From contig JAGCKR010000063.1 in assembly GCA_017647405.1 (NCBI GenBank), forward strand, positions 6,956 to 70,955: DNA of 64,000 nucleotides, given 5' to 3'. Under the pieces are notes generated by a model, which worked only from the letters and a program-made list of their open reading frames with translations, did no database searches and had not been told where the DNA came from. Position 1 is the first letter of the stretch, and every line of letters starts with the position of its first letter. The translations under genes were made by a program, and so were the position numbers. Of this stretch, positions 1-8,773 are shown one piece after another. The DNA comes from Alphaproteobacteria bacterium. GTDB taxonomy: Bacteria > Pseudomonadota > Alphaproteobacteria > CAAHEQ01 > UBA3637.

Positions 1-617
1 ATATTATCGCCTATTATAAAAATATCCAACAAGCACGCATGAATGAAAAGCTATTAATGCCAACCTATGATTTTAAACTGATACAAAAAAATTATCTTTA
101 TAATTGCAACAAAATGATACAGCAATCAAAAAAGAATTTATTGTTTTCATTCCTTCTAAATCAATGTAAAAAAAATCTTATTCAAATTGGAAATTCTTCT
201 TTGCAAATTTTAGACGAGAAAAAAGAGATTATTCACGGCGATTTTCATCATAATAATTTATTATTTCAAAATAATAAATTGGTAGCCGTTTTGGATTTGG
301 AAGATTTAGGATATGGATATAAAAGCGAAGACTTGCTTCGTTTTATTTTATGCCTCATTGCGCGACAACCATTCTTTTATCCCAGAAAAAAATATTTATA
401 CTCTTATTTGAAATATATAACCAAAGAATTTAAATATTCTGAAGATGAATGGATTGCCGGTCTTAATTCATTTACGTTGCAAAAATATAAAAAAATGTTT
501 TCCAAAGTACGTAAAGCAAATTTTTCAAACGCAAAAAAAATGATACAGATTTTGTTTTTCATGCGCCAATATAAACTTATTGAGGCATACTTTAACAAAG
601 AACTACATAGAACTTAA
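1..617 (+). CDS. APH/choline-kinase-fold phosphotransferase, C-terminal part (5' end outside window)
   Basis: The frame of ORF 39..617 stays open back to base 3. It contains the kinase catalytic-loop signature IIHGDFHHNNLLF followed by LDLEDLGYG. The HGD motif sits too near the listed Met for a complete fold, so the N-lobe is probably upstream of the window. Confidence 0.6.
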   Translation, partial: IIAYYKNIQQARMNEKLLMPTYDFKLIQKNYLYNCNKMIQQSKKNLLFSFLLNQCKKNLIQIGNSSLQILDEKKEIIHGDFHHNNLLFQNNKLVAVLDLEDLGYGYKSEDLLRFILCLIARQPFFYPRKKYLYSYLKYITKEFKYSEDEWIAGLNSFTLQKYKKMFSKVRKANFSNAKKMIQILFFMRQYKLIEAYFNKELHRT

Positions 618-2209
618 TCTGCTAAACTCTTTTCTTTTTCAACATCCTGATTTTCCAATCCGGCTAAGCGGATAATGGTATGAATCACATGTTCCGTATT
701 ATATTCTTTCTTCTGATTTTGATAAAGATTGTAAACAACTTTTTTCCTCATATCTCGGTATTTATCAGAAACCCATAAAACAAAAGGAATTGCTGTCATC
801 GGCTCATTTGCTAATTCAGAATGCCCCAAAATTTTTGTTTCGGATGTATCATAAATATCCTCACCATGATCACTAAAATATAAACAAAAAGAAACTTCTT
901 CTTGTTTTTGTGTCATTTGAATAATTTCATTAACAACATAATCCGTGTATCGGATAGAATCATCATATGCATTTAAAAGCTGATGACCTTGAGCGGTTAA
1001 ATTTTTATTTTTTAAATAATCCTTAAAATGCGCCCAATCAGAAGGATATCTGTTTGTATAAGCAGAATGCGAACCGATTAAATGCACAAACACAACTTTT
1101 TTATGAGATGATTTATCATTTAAAATTCTTTCGATATCCGGCAACATATCTCCATCAAAACCCGTTTTTTCAAACCGTTTCATTCCACTAAAATTATATG
1201 ACTTTTCCCAATCAGCATGAGAAGAAATTGCTGTTATCAATGTATCAGACAAAGCATATTGATTTGAAAGCCAATAAGTTTTAAAACCAGCCTGTTTAAA
1301 ATAATTAACAATCGTTCCTTTTTCAGTTAAAAAATTCATCTTTCCTTCTTCTGCAAATGTTAGCACTCGTTCTAAAACAGGCATTGTTTGAGCAAAAGGA
1401 GATTTAACATTTTCAAAAACAAATAAATCTTTTTTTCTAGCATCAGAGAAAGGAGTTGTTTGCCTTGAATATCCATATAAAGATAAATGGGCTCTGTTTG
1501 CCGATTCCCCAATAATAACAACATATGTTTCAGGATCATCTTCTTTAGCATCTGAAAGAATATTTTGAAATGGTTCCGCTTTATTTTTTGCCAAAGCTTC
1601 TTTTAATTCTGCATATGTTTTTTTATACAAGAAAAAATGATAAATAACATTACTATATGGATTTAATACATACCCATCTTTAAATTTAAATCCTTTTTTA
1701 AAAAGATTTCTGATAAAGGGAATACCTAAAATCAAACAAATCAAACTACCAATAGCTCTTTCATTCCAGTTCAGCGTTGGAACAGATAAGCTAACAATAA
1801 AAAAGATAGGTAAAATCAAACAAATACCAGCTAAACAAAAAATTAAAGCCGGTATATTTTGCGTTAAAAATTCTTTTGTTTCTTTCATATTTGAAACAAA
1901 TAAGGTAAAAAACGTATTCAATCCCACTCTGGTTTTAAAAAAATATATATGCCCGATTTCTAACAACATTAACGGGATAAAAATAAAATGAAGAAGAAGT
2001 AAATATCCTTTAATAAAAGAAGGAAAAAGAAAAAGAGGGATAATCATTAAAAAACAAATCGGAAAAGTGCGCATCACATCTTTTAAAAACAACTTATAAA
2101 ACAATTTATTTTTTAAATCCGCCTGTTTAATCGATTTAAAAAAAGTATAAAAAAGTGGCAAAAAACCAATTAAAAAGATATAAAATGAAGCAAAAATTAG
2201 ATTTGACAT
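614..2209 (-). CDS. Membrane-anchored phosphoethanolamine transferase (sulfatase superfamily, EptA/EptB-like)
   Basis: The protein is 531 aa with a multi-TM N-terminus. Its catalytic domain carries VVIIGESANRAHLSLYGYSRQTTPF, HLIGSHSAYTNRYP and YFSDHGE, which are typical of lipid A/LPS-core PEtN transferases. Confidence 0.85.
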   Translation of the reverse strand: MSNLIFASFYIFLIGFLPLFYTFFKSIKQADLKNKLFYKLFLKDVMRTFPICFLMIIPLFLFPSFIKGYLLLLHFIFIPLMLLEIGHIYFFKTRVGLNTFFTLFVSNMKETKEFLTQNIPALIFCLAGICLILPIFFIVSLSVPTLNWNERAIGSLICLILGIPFIRNLFKKGFKFKDGYVLNPYSNVIYHFFLYKKTYAELKEALAKNKAEPFQNILSDAKEDDPETYVVIIGESANRAHLSLYGYSRQTTPFSDARKKDLFVFENVKSPFAQTMPVLERVLTFAEEGKMNFLTEKGTIVNYFKQAGFKTYWLSNQYALSDTLITAISSHADWEKSYNFSGMKRFEKTGFDGDMLPDIERILNDKSSHKKVVFVHLIGSHSAYTNRYPSDWAHFKDYLKNKNLTAQGHQLLNAYDDSIRYTDYVVNEIIQMTQKQEEVSFCLYFSDHGEDIYDTSETKILGHSELANEPMTAIPFVLWVSDKYRDMRKKVVYNLYQNQKKEYNTEHVIHTIIRLAGLENQDVEKEKSLAD

Positions 2210-2267
2210 TTTTAAAGTATCCTGTAGAATAAAAACAACGAAAATATCTTACTGAAAGGGCTTAAAA

Positions 2268-3515
2268 ATGTCAACATTAATCAGGCATGTTTTACTGGAT
2301 AACAAACCGGTTGATATTCTTATCAATCATAACAAAATTGAAAAAATTGCCGATCATATTCCAACAGCTCTTTCAGATGAAATTATTATGGGTGAAGGTA
2401 AAGCGATTACGCCTGCTTTTTATAATATGCACACCCATTCTGCTATGACATTATTTAGAGGTATTGGAGAAGACAAAAATTTATTTGATTGGTTACAAAC
2501 AGATATTTGGCCTCGTGAAGAAAAGTTAACAAATGAACAAGTTTATCATGCATCAAAACTTTCTATTTTAGAAATGATAAAATCCGGAACGGTTTTATTT
2601 AACGACATGTATCCTTTTGCTGCTCAAACAGAAAAGGCGGCTGATGAAATGGGTGTTAAAATGCTTTCTTCTTGCGTTGCATTTGATTTATTTAATCCAA
2701 AAATGACAGAAGAAAAGAAAAAGTCTATGACAGAATTTATGGAAAGAAAAATATCATCCTCTTTTATAAAAAAAACCGTTTCTTGTCATGCAGTTTATAC
2801 CGTTTCTGAAGAACTTTTATGCTTTGCGCGCGATTTGGCTTTAAAACATCATTCTTTTTTGCATATCCACTTAGCTGAAACACAAAAAGAAGTTTCTGAC
2901 TCCATTGAAAAAACAGGACTAACACCAACAGCTTATTTAGATAAACTTGGTCTTTTAACAAATAAAACCATCTTAGCGCATTGTGTTTGGCTTAATGAAG
3001 AAGATAGAAAAATCATTAAAGAAAGAGGATGTTTAATTGCCCACTGTCCAACATCAAATTTAAAACTTAATTCTGGTCAAATGCCTTTTAATCTTTATAA
3101 AGAAGAGGGCCTTAAAATTTCACTTGGCACAGATGGCGCCTCATCAAATAATTCTCTTAGCATGTTCAGTGAAATGAAAATAGCAGCTTTATCAGCAAAA
3201 GGGCAATCTCAAAACATAACCGCAGGAAAAGTTGATCAAATTTTGCATATGAGTCAAAAAGAAGCGCCCCAATTTTTAGGGATTAATGCCGGAGAAATCG
3301 CGGAAGGAACTATTGCTGATTTTATTCTTTTGGATTTAAATAATACACAACTTCAACCTCAATCTTACTTAAAATCCCATCTTGTTTATAGTGCAGAATC
3401 AAATTGTGTTACTGATGTTTGTTCAAACGGGCGGTTTATCTTGAAAGATAAGTACCACCCGTTTGAAAATGAAATTATTGATTCATTTTTAAAGGCATCT
3501 AAATCAATTCTTTAA
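2268..3515 (+). CDS. Amidohydrolase-superfamily deaminase (5'-methylthioadenosine/S-adenosylhomocysteine deaminase-like)
   Basis: The protein is 415 aa. It has the metal-binding HTHSAMTLFRG motif near the N-terminus, HIHLAET, and a C-terminal LGTDGASSNN motif typical of the MtaD/chlorohydrolase group. Confidence 0.75.
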   Translation: MSTLIRHVLLDNKPVDILINHNKIEKIADHIPTALSDEIIMGEGKAITPAFYNMHTHSAMTLFRGIGEDKNLFDWLQTDIWPREEKLTNEQVYHASKLSILEMIKSGTVLFNDMYPFAAQTEKAADEMGVKMLSSCVAFDLFNPKMTEEKKKSMTEFMERKISSSFIKKTVSCHAVYTVSEELLCFARDLALKHHSFLHIHLAETQKEVSDSIEKTGLTPTAYLDKLGLLTNKTILAHCVWLNEEDRKIIKERGCLIAHCPTSNLKLNSGQMPFNLYKEEGLKISLGTDGASSNNSLSMFSEMKIAALSAKGQSQNITAGKVDQILHMSQKEAPQFLGINAGEIAEGTIADFILLDLNNTQLQPQSYLKSHLVYSAESNCVTDVCSNGRFILKDKYHPFENEIIDSFLKASKSIL

Positions 3516-4463
3516 TCCCTTTTTTGATTGATATAGAGAAAATAAAATTCCTAATGCCAAAATACCAAAAGTAACAATTAAAGAAATGCTTGTTGTTACT
3601 TTTAATCCAATATATGGCAAAAAGATTTTTGAACCGATAAAAATCAAAACAAAAGAAAGCGCATGTTTCAAATAAATAAACTTTGAAACAGCTTGCGCCA
3701 ATAAAAAGTATAAAGAACGCAAACCTAAAATAGCAAAAATATTACTTGTATATACAACAAAAACATCCTGAGTAATCAAGAAAATTGCCGGAATGCTATC
3801 TATCGCAAAAATAACATCCATTGTTTCAATAATAACTAATGCTAAAAACAATGGAGTTGCCACCCATTTCCCAGACTGTTTGATAAAGAAATGTTCTTCA
3901 TGAATTTTATTTGTCATCGGCAAATATTTTTTTATAAAAGAAAGCATTTTTCCTTCTGTTTCAGCTGCCTCTTCATCATCCTTTCCCTTCATTGTTTCCA
4001 AAAGCATTTTGGCACCTGTATAAATTAAAAAAGCTGAGAAAAAATATAAAACCAAATGGAACCGACTAACCAACTGCGCGCCAATCAAAATCATAATCGC
4101 TCGCATAACAACAGCACCTAAAACACCCCAAAATAATACACGATGTTGATACATTGCCGGTACTTTTAATGATGTAAAAATAAGGGATATAACAAAAATA
4201 TTATCCATAGATAAACTAAATTCAACTAAATATCCCGTATAAAAAAGCATGCCGGTTTCCATGCCTTTTTCATAAAGAACAAAAAGACCAAATAACAATG
4301 AAATAATCACATATGAAAGGCAAATTTTAAAAGTTACTTTCATTGTTGGTGTTTCTGATTTCTTATGAAAAACAAATAAATCCAAAAACAAAATAGTACA
4401 AACAATCGTTCCAAAAATTCCCCACATCACGCCTGTGGATAAGTGTGATAACGCCTCTAACAT
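3504..4463 (-). CDS. TerC/Alx family integral membrane protein
   Basis: The protein is 319 aa and polytopic. It carries the duplicated TerC motifs LSMDNIFVISLIF and AIDSIPAIFLITQD. Confidence 0.85.
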   Translation of the reverse strand: MLEALSHLSTGVMWGIFGTIVCTILFLDLFVFHKKSETPTMKVTFKICLSYVIISLLFGLFVLYEKGMETGMLFYTGYLVEFSLSMDNIFVISLIFTSLKVPAMYQHRVLFWGVLGAVVMRAIMILIGAQLVSRFHLVLYFFSAFLIYTGAKMLLETMKGKDDEEAAETEGKMLSFIKKYLPMTNKIHEEHFFIKQSGKWVATPLFLALVIIETMDVIFAIDSIPAIFLITQDVFVVYTSNIFAILGLRSLYFLLAQAVSKFIYLKHALSFVLIFIGSKIFLPYIGLKVTTSISLIVTFGILALGILFSLYQSKKGLKN

Positions 4464-5014
4464 TTATCATTTTCCTTTGTTAATAAATTATCCCTATTTT
4501 CATTTAAAAATGGTCGCCGGTCGGGATTTAACGCCAACCCTTTTTGAACAAATTCTTCCCATGGGAACGTTACCCCTGGATCAAACTTTCTTTCAGGAGC
4601 AATATCAGAATGAGCCACAACATTTTCAGGTTTAATATTATATCTTTTCATAAGATCTTCGCAAAGCAAAAGACCTGAATTAATTTGGGCTCTTGTAAAC
4701 TCTTCAAAACTTCTTTCTCCCGTTGGAGAACATTGAAACTCAATTCCAATTGAATGAGAATTAATATCTTCTTTGATGTCGCCCCACGAAGAAATACCAG
4801 CATGCCAAGCTCTTTTTTCTTCCGGAATAACCTGATAAATTGTTCCATCACGATCAATCACATAATGAGAGCTGACTCTTCCCCCCTCTTCTTTTTCAAT
4901 AAAATACCAAAGAGTTTCTTCCAAATTTTTTGTTGCTGTTGCATGAAAAACAATCATATCAATAGCGGTTTTTCTTTCATCAAAATGAGTGGATAGTTTT
5001 TGAATAATTTTCAT
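4457..5014 (-). CDS. ampD: N-acetylmuramoyl-L-alanine amidase, AmpD-like (Amidase_2 fold)
   Basis: The protein is 185 aa with MIVFHATAT, SSHYVIDRDGTIYQ, AWHAGISSW and NSHSIGIEF. It overlaps ruvC and terC by a few nt, which suggests an operon. Confidence 0.8.
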   Translation of the reverse strand: MKIIQKLSTHFDERKTAIDMIVFHATATKNLEETLWYFIEKEEGGRVSSHYVIDRDGTIYQVIPEEKRAWHAGISSWGDIKEDINSHSIGIEFQCSPTGERSFEEFTRAQINSGLLLCEDLMKRYNIKPENVVAHSDIAPERKFDPGVTFPWEEFVQKGLALNPDRRPFLNENRDNLLTKENDKC

Positions 5015-5514
5015 GCTTTCTCCATCATCTTTTTAAGCGAAATCGGTCTCATAAAACTATGACACAAAGAAATTGCCAAAGCATCTGCTGCATCTGGTGG
5101 AATTTTTTCCGGAACACTTTTTAATAGTGTTCTCACCATCATATCTACTTGCTTTTTATCTGCATGCCCAACACCCACAACCATTTTTTTTATCTGATTT
5201 GGCGTATATTCAGCAACAGGAATATTAAATAAGGCAGGGGTTAATAAAACAACACCTCTTGCTTGTCCCAATTTCAATGTTGATGTTGGATTGTTATTAA
5301 CAAATGTTTCTTCAACCGCCGCCTCATCCGGTTGATAAGCTTCAATCACTTTTTTTAAATCAGTATGCAACTGTCCCAATCGATTGCAAAGCTGATTTTC
5401 CGTTTCCGGATTAATAACACCGGCTGCAATAAAACGCAAACGGGAGCCATCTTTTTCGATGACTCCCCATCCTGTGTGTCTTAATCCCGGATCAAGTCCT
5501 AAGATACGGACCAT
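5011..5514 (-). CDS. ruvC: Holliday junction resolvase RuvC
   Basis: The N-terminus MVRILGLDPGLRHTGWGVIE is canonical for RuvC. The 167-aa size and the position downstream of yebC fit the usual arrangement. Confidence 0.95.
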   Translation of the reverse strand: MVRILGLDPGLRHTGWGVIEKDGSRLRFIAAGVINPETENQLCNRLGQLHTDLKKVIEAYQPDEAAVEETFVNNNPTSTLKLGQARGVVLLTPALFNIPVAEYTPNQIKKMVVGVGHADKKQVDMMVRTLLKSVPEKIPPDAADALAISLCHSFMRPISLKKMMEKA

Positions 5515-5517
5515 CGA

Positions 5518-6270
5518 TTATTCTCCCAATTGTGCCATAATTTCTTCTGAAATATCCGCATTTGTAATAACACGTTGAACGTCATCATCTTCATTGAGAG
5601 CATCCAAAAACCGCATCAATTTTTGAGCTGTTTCTAAATCTGTAATTTCTTTTTGAACCATTGGTTTCCAATCGCGTCTGGCAACATTTGGTGTTCCAAG
5701 CTTAGATTCCAAAGCATCACGAACAGCCCCTAAATCATCAACTTGGCAAATGATTTCATGCGTTTCATCTGTTGAAACAACGTCATCGGCACCAGCATCT
5801 AAAGCGGCTTCAAAAATAGCATCCGGCGTTCCAACCGCAACCGGATATTCGATATAACCAATCCGCTCAAAGTTAAAAGTAACTGAACCTGTTTCACCCA
5901 AAGCTCCACCGCTTTTTGAAAATAATGAACGCAAAACAGGAGCCGTTCTGGCACGATTATCCGTTAAAGCTTCAACAATAACTGAAACTTTACCAGGGCC
6001 CATCCCTTCATATCTGACTTCTTCATAATTAGATGTATCTGTTCCTTGAGTTCCCTTTAAAATGGCGCGCTCAATATTATCTTTTGGCATATTTTCAGAA
6101 CGAGCCGTTTGAATAGCCAATCTTAAACGCGGATTTGCAGCTGGATCCCCACCACCTGTTTTGGCGGCAACTGTAATTTCTCTGGCCAATTTTGAAAAGA
6201 TTTTGGCGCGCATTTTATCCTGCGCCCCTTTACGATACATAATATTTTTAAACTGTGAATGTCCTGCCAT
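5518..6270 (-). CDS. yebC: YebC/PmpR family DNA-binding transcriptional regulator
   Basis: The N-terminus [28 protein letters not shown] is canonical, the protein is 250 aa, and yebC-ruvC linkage is conserved. Confidence 0.95.
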   Translation of the reverse strand: MAGHSQFKNIMYRKGAQDKMRAKIFSKLAREITVAAKTGGGDPAANPRLRLAIQTARSENMPKDNIERAILKGTQGTDTSNYEEVRYEGMGPGKVSVIVEALTDNRARTAPVLRSLFSKSGGALGETGSVTFNFERIGYIEYPVAVGTPDAIFEAALDAGADDVVSTDETHEIICQVDDLGAVRDALESKLGTPNVARRDWKPMVQKEITDLETAQKLMRFLDALNEDDDVQRVITNADISEEIMAQLGE

Positions 6271-6315
6271 ACTTTTTCCTTTATAAATGATTAAAAAATA
6301 GTTTCTGAATTTATA

Positions 6316-7128
6316 TCATACTTCATGCGTATTTTCAAGTGTTTGCCCCAATCGAACAGGGAAAATTTCTTTGGCAAAGCCTGTTTTTTCGTCAATATCC
6401 GCAATAACGGCACAAAATGTTGAATTTTTTTCAGCCGGCTCCAACCTGCTTCTTTTGGCATCAGTTAAAAATCTTGGGAAAGCAGATTCCTTTTTCATAC
6501 CAATCACCGAATCATAATCTCCACACATTCCCACATCCGAAATATATGCTGTCCCAGAGGATAAAACATGCGCATCCGCTGTTGGAATATGGGTATGTGT
6601 TCCCACAACCAAAGAAGCATGTCCATCCAAATAATGCCCTAAAGCAACTTTTTCAGCTGTTGCTTCCGCATGAAAATCAACAACCAAAACATCATAATCT
6701 TTTCCTTTTTTATATGCTTGAAGCCATTTTTGGATCGATTCAAAAGCGCTTTCACTTGTTCGCATAAAAACATTTCCGATCAACTGAACAACTGCAACTT
6801 TTACACCATTAGCATCTTGAAGAATTGTAAACCCCCTACCAATTGTATTTTCAGGATAATTCATGGGGCGAATAATATTATCTTCAGAATTTAAAATCGG
6901 GAAAATATCCGCTTTATCAAACGAATGATTTCCAAGAGTAATCACGTTAACACCAGCATTCAAAAAAGCACTATATATTTTAGGCGTTATGCCAAAACCA
7001 TGTGCAGCATTTTCGCCATTAACAATAATAAAATCCAATTCAAATTTTTCTTTTAATTTTGGCAAATATGATAAAACCAACTTTCTGCCGGCTTTACCGA
7101 CAACATCACCACAAAACAATATTTTCAT
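6316..7128 (-). CDS. YmdB-like metallophosphoesterase
   Basis: The protein is 270 aa. It carries MKILFCGDVVGKAGR, VNGENAAHGFG, DFHAEATAEK and GTHTHIPTAD, which are typical of the YmdB family. Confidence 0.85.
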   Translation of the reverse strand: MKILFCGDVVGKAGRKLVLSYLPKLKEKFELDFIIVNGENAAHGFGITPKIYSAFLNAGVNVITLGNHSFDKADIFPILNSEDNIIRPMNYPENTIGRGFTILQDANGVKVAVVQLIGNVFMRTSESAFESIQKWLQAYKKGKDYDVLVVDFHAEATAEKVALGHYLDGHASLVVGTHTHIPTADAHVLSSGTAYISDVGMCGDYDSVIGMKKESAFPRFLTDAKRSRLEPAEKNSTFCAVIADIDEKTGFAKEIFPVRLGQTLENTHEV

Positions 7129-7131
7129 TTT

Positions 7132-7458
7132 TTATTCTTCTTCAACTTCTTTTTCAGATAAACTATCTGTCAATGAATTAATTTTCATTGTTAAATTTTG
7201 AATCAAATCCACAACTTGTTTTTGATTTTCAAGATAACCTGCTGTTTGTGAATTTTTTTCAATCTGGCTTTTTTCTTCTGCAAGCAATAAACACAACATC
7301 GCCAACAACTGACCTTCTTGCATAAATCCGATTGACTTTAACAACTTTTCTGCGCGTGCATCTAAATTTTCAGCCAAAGAAGACATGTAACCTTCTTGCC
7401 CATCTGCACAAGAAAATTTATAATATCTTCCGCCGATTTTTAATGAAACAACAGCCAT
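7132..7458 (-). CDS. zapA: Cell division protein ZapA
   Basis: The protein is 108 aa with an N-terminal VSLKIGGRYYKFSCADGQE followed by a coiled-coil tail. Confidence 0.8.
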   Translation of the reverse strand: MAVVSLKIGGRYYKFSCADGQEGYMSSLAENLDARAEKLLKSIGFMQEGQLLAMLCLLLAEEKSQIEKNSQTAGYLENQKQVVDLIQNLTMKINSLTDSLSEKEVEEE

Positions 7459-7652
7459 TACTCACTCCCTTGATCTTGATGATATGCCAATAAAGCACTA
7501 TCCAACCTTGAATATGTTGTGTGGATAACTTTTTTTAACTCATCCACCTTTGCAATAGATTGTTCTTTATCTTTTTTGGTTTGCAATAACGCCGTCTCCA
7601 AAGAAACCAAAGCTTGTTCCAACCCATTAATTGCTTTTTTAATTTCTTCCAT
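7458..7652 (-). CDS. Small coiled-coil protein upstream of zapA (DUF4164 / ZauP-ZapB-like)
   Basis: The protein is 64 aa and predicted all-helical with heptad repeats. Its stop overlaps the zapA start. This position matches the alphaproteobacterial zapA partner gene. Confidence 0.55.
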   Translation of the reverse strand: MEEIKKAINGLEQALVSLETALLQTKKDKEQSIAKVDELKKVIHTTYSRLDSALLAYHQDQGSE

Positions 7653-7659
7653 GTGTCAC

Positions 7660-8253
7660 CTATACATTTCGTCTGGCCTTAAATGCAAGTTGCAAAGTGC
7701 CGTCATCCAAATAATCCAACTCTCCTCCCACAGGAACACCTCTGGAAAGCGTTGAAACATTAACATCATATTCACTCAATCTATCAGACAGATAATGAAC
7801 TGTTGTTTGCCCTTCCACCGTTGCAGGAAGAGCCAAAACAATTTCTTTTACCGTTCCCTGCGCCACTTTTTGAATTAATCCATCGATTGATAATTCATCC
7901 GGACCAATACCATCAAGCGCCGATAAAACGCCACCCAAAACATGGTAAACACCTTTAAAAGCACCTGCTCTTTCAAGCGCCCACAAATCTGCCACATCTT
8001 GAACAACACAAACAAGCGTTTTATCTCGCTTTTCATCTTGACAAATAGCGCAAGGTTTTAATGTATCCATATTACCACAAACAGGACAGGCATCCACCTT
8101 TTCAAGAACGGTTTGCATAGCAGTCACAAGTGGAACAAATTTACTTTCTTTTTGCCTTAATAATGATAAAACTGCCCGTCTTGCAGACCTTGGTCCCAAA
8201 GCAGGCAGTTTTGAAAGCAAACCTATTAACTGTTCCAGTTCCGGTGCTGCCAT
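7660..8253 (-). CDS. recR: Recombination protein RecR
   Basis: The protein is 197 aa with the zinc finger CPVCGNMDTLKPCAICQD and a Toprim region VCVVQDVADLWALE. ybaB-recR linkage is conserved. Confidence 0.95.
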   Translation of the reverse strand: MAAPELEQLIGLLSKLPALGPRSARRAVLSLLRQKESKFVPLVTAMQTVLEKVDACPVCGNMDTLKPCAICQDEKRDKTLVCVVQDVADLWALERAGAFKGVYHVLGGVLSALDGIGPDELSIDGLIQKVAQGTVKEIVLALPATVEGQTTVHYLSDRLSEYDVNVSTLSRGVPVGGELDYLDDGTLQLAFKARRNV

Positions 8254-8263
8254 TTTTTAATCC

Positions 8264-8587
8264 TTAAAACGGCATTTTAAAGCCTGATGGAAGACCGAGC
8301 GAAGATTGAATCCGTTCCATTTCACTAGCCATTGTTGCATCAACGCTTTCATAAGCAGAACGCATAGCAACCAAAACCAAATCTTCCAATGTTTCTGTAT
8401 CAGATGCATCAACAACAGATGGATCGATTGAAACTTTAACAGGAATATGCTTGCCCGTTACCGTTACTTTAACAGCACCACCAGCTGCAACCCCTTCAAA
8501 TTCTTGCTTTTCCATTTTTTGTTGCAAGATTGTCATTTGAGATTGAACCATTTGTGCTTTCTTCATCAAATCGCCGATATTACGCAT
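8264..8587 (-). CDS. ybaB: Nucleoid-associated protein YbaB/EbfC
   Basis: The sequence MRNIGDLMKKAQMVQSQM... is typical of the family. I chose the internal ATG at 8587 because AAGGAG lies 7 nt upstream. The ORF track extends to 8611. Confidence 0.9.
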   Translation of the reverse strand: MRNIGDLMKKAQMVQSQMTILQQKMEKQEFEGVAAGGAVKVTVTGKHIPVKVSIDPSVVDASDTETLEDLVLVAMRSAYESVDATMASEMERIQSSLGLPSGFKMPF

Positions 8588-8773
8588 ACTTTTCTCCTTA
8601 AAAATAAACAAATTGACATTATTTTTGCTTATTATAGAAAAAAAACTTTTAAAAGTAAATGATTATCTTTCACTTTTAATAAAAAGATTTAAGAAAAAAA
8701 AGGCTTTTCAGCATTTTCATTTAAAAGTTGCAATACTTCAAAAAAGAAAAGAAGAGTTAAATAGAAAAGGCGG

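Noticed and set aside
6271-7131. 6S RNA (ssrS) downstream of zapA, its conserved location in many proteobacteria.
   Set aside because: zapA is followed after 3 nt by the ymdB-like CDS. The only spacer (6271-6315) is too short for a ~180-nt RNA.
8588-8773. An SRP (4.5S) RNA gene upstream of ybaB-recR, as in organisms where ffs/scr precedes dnaX-ybaB-recR.
   Set aside because: The spacer is uniformly AT-rich with no extended helix or conserved SRP motif. dnaX is also absent from this position.
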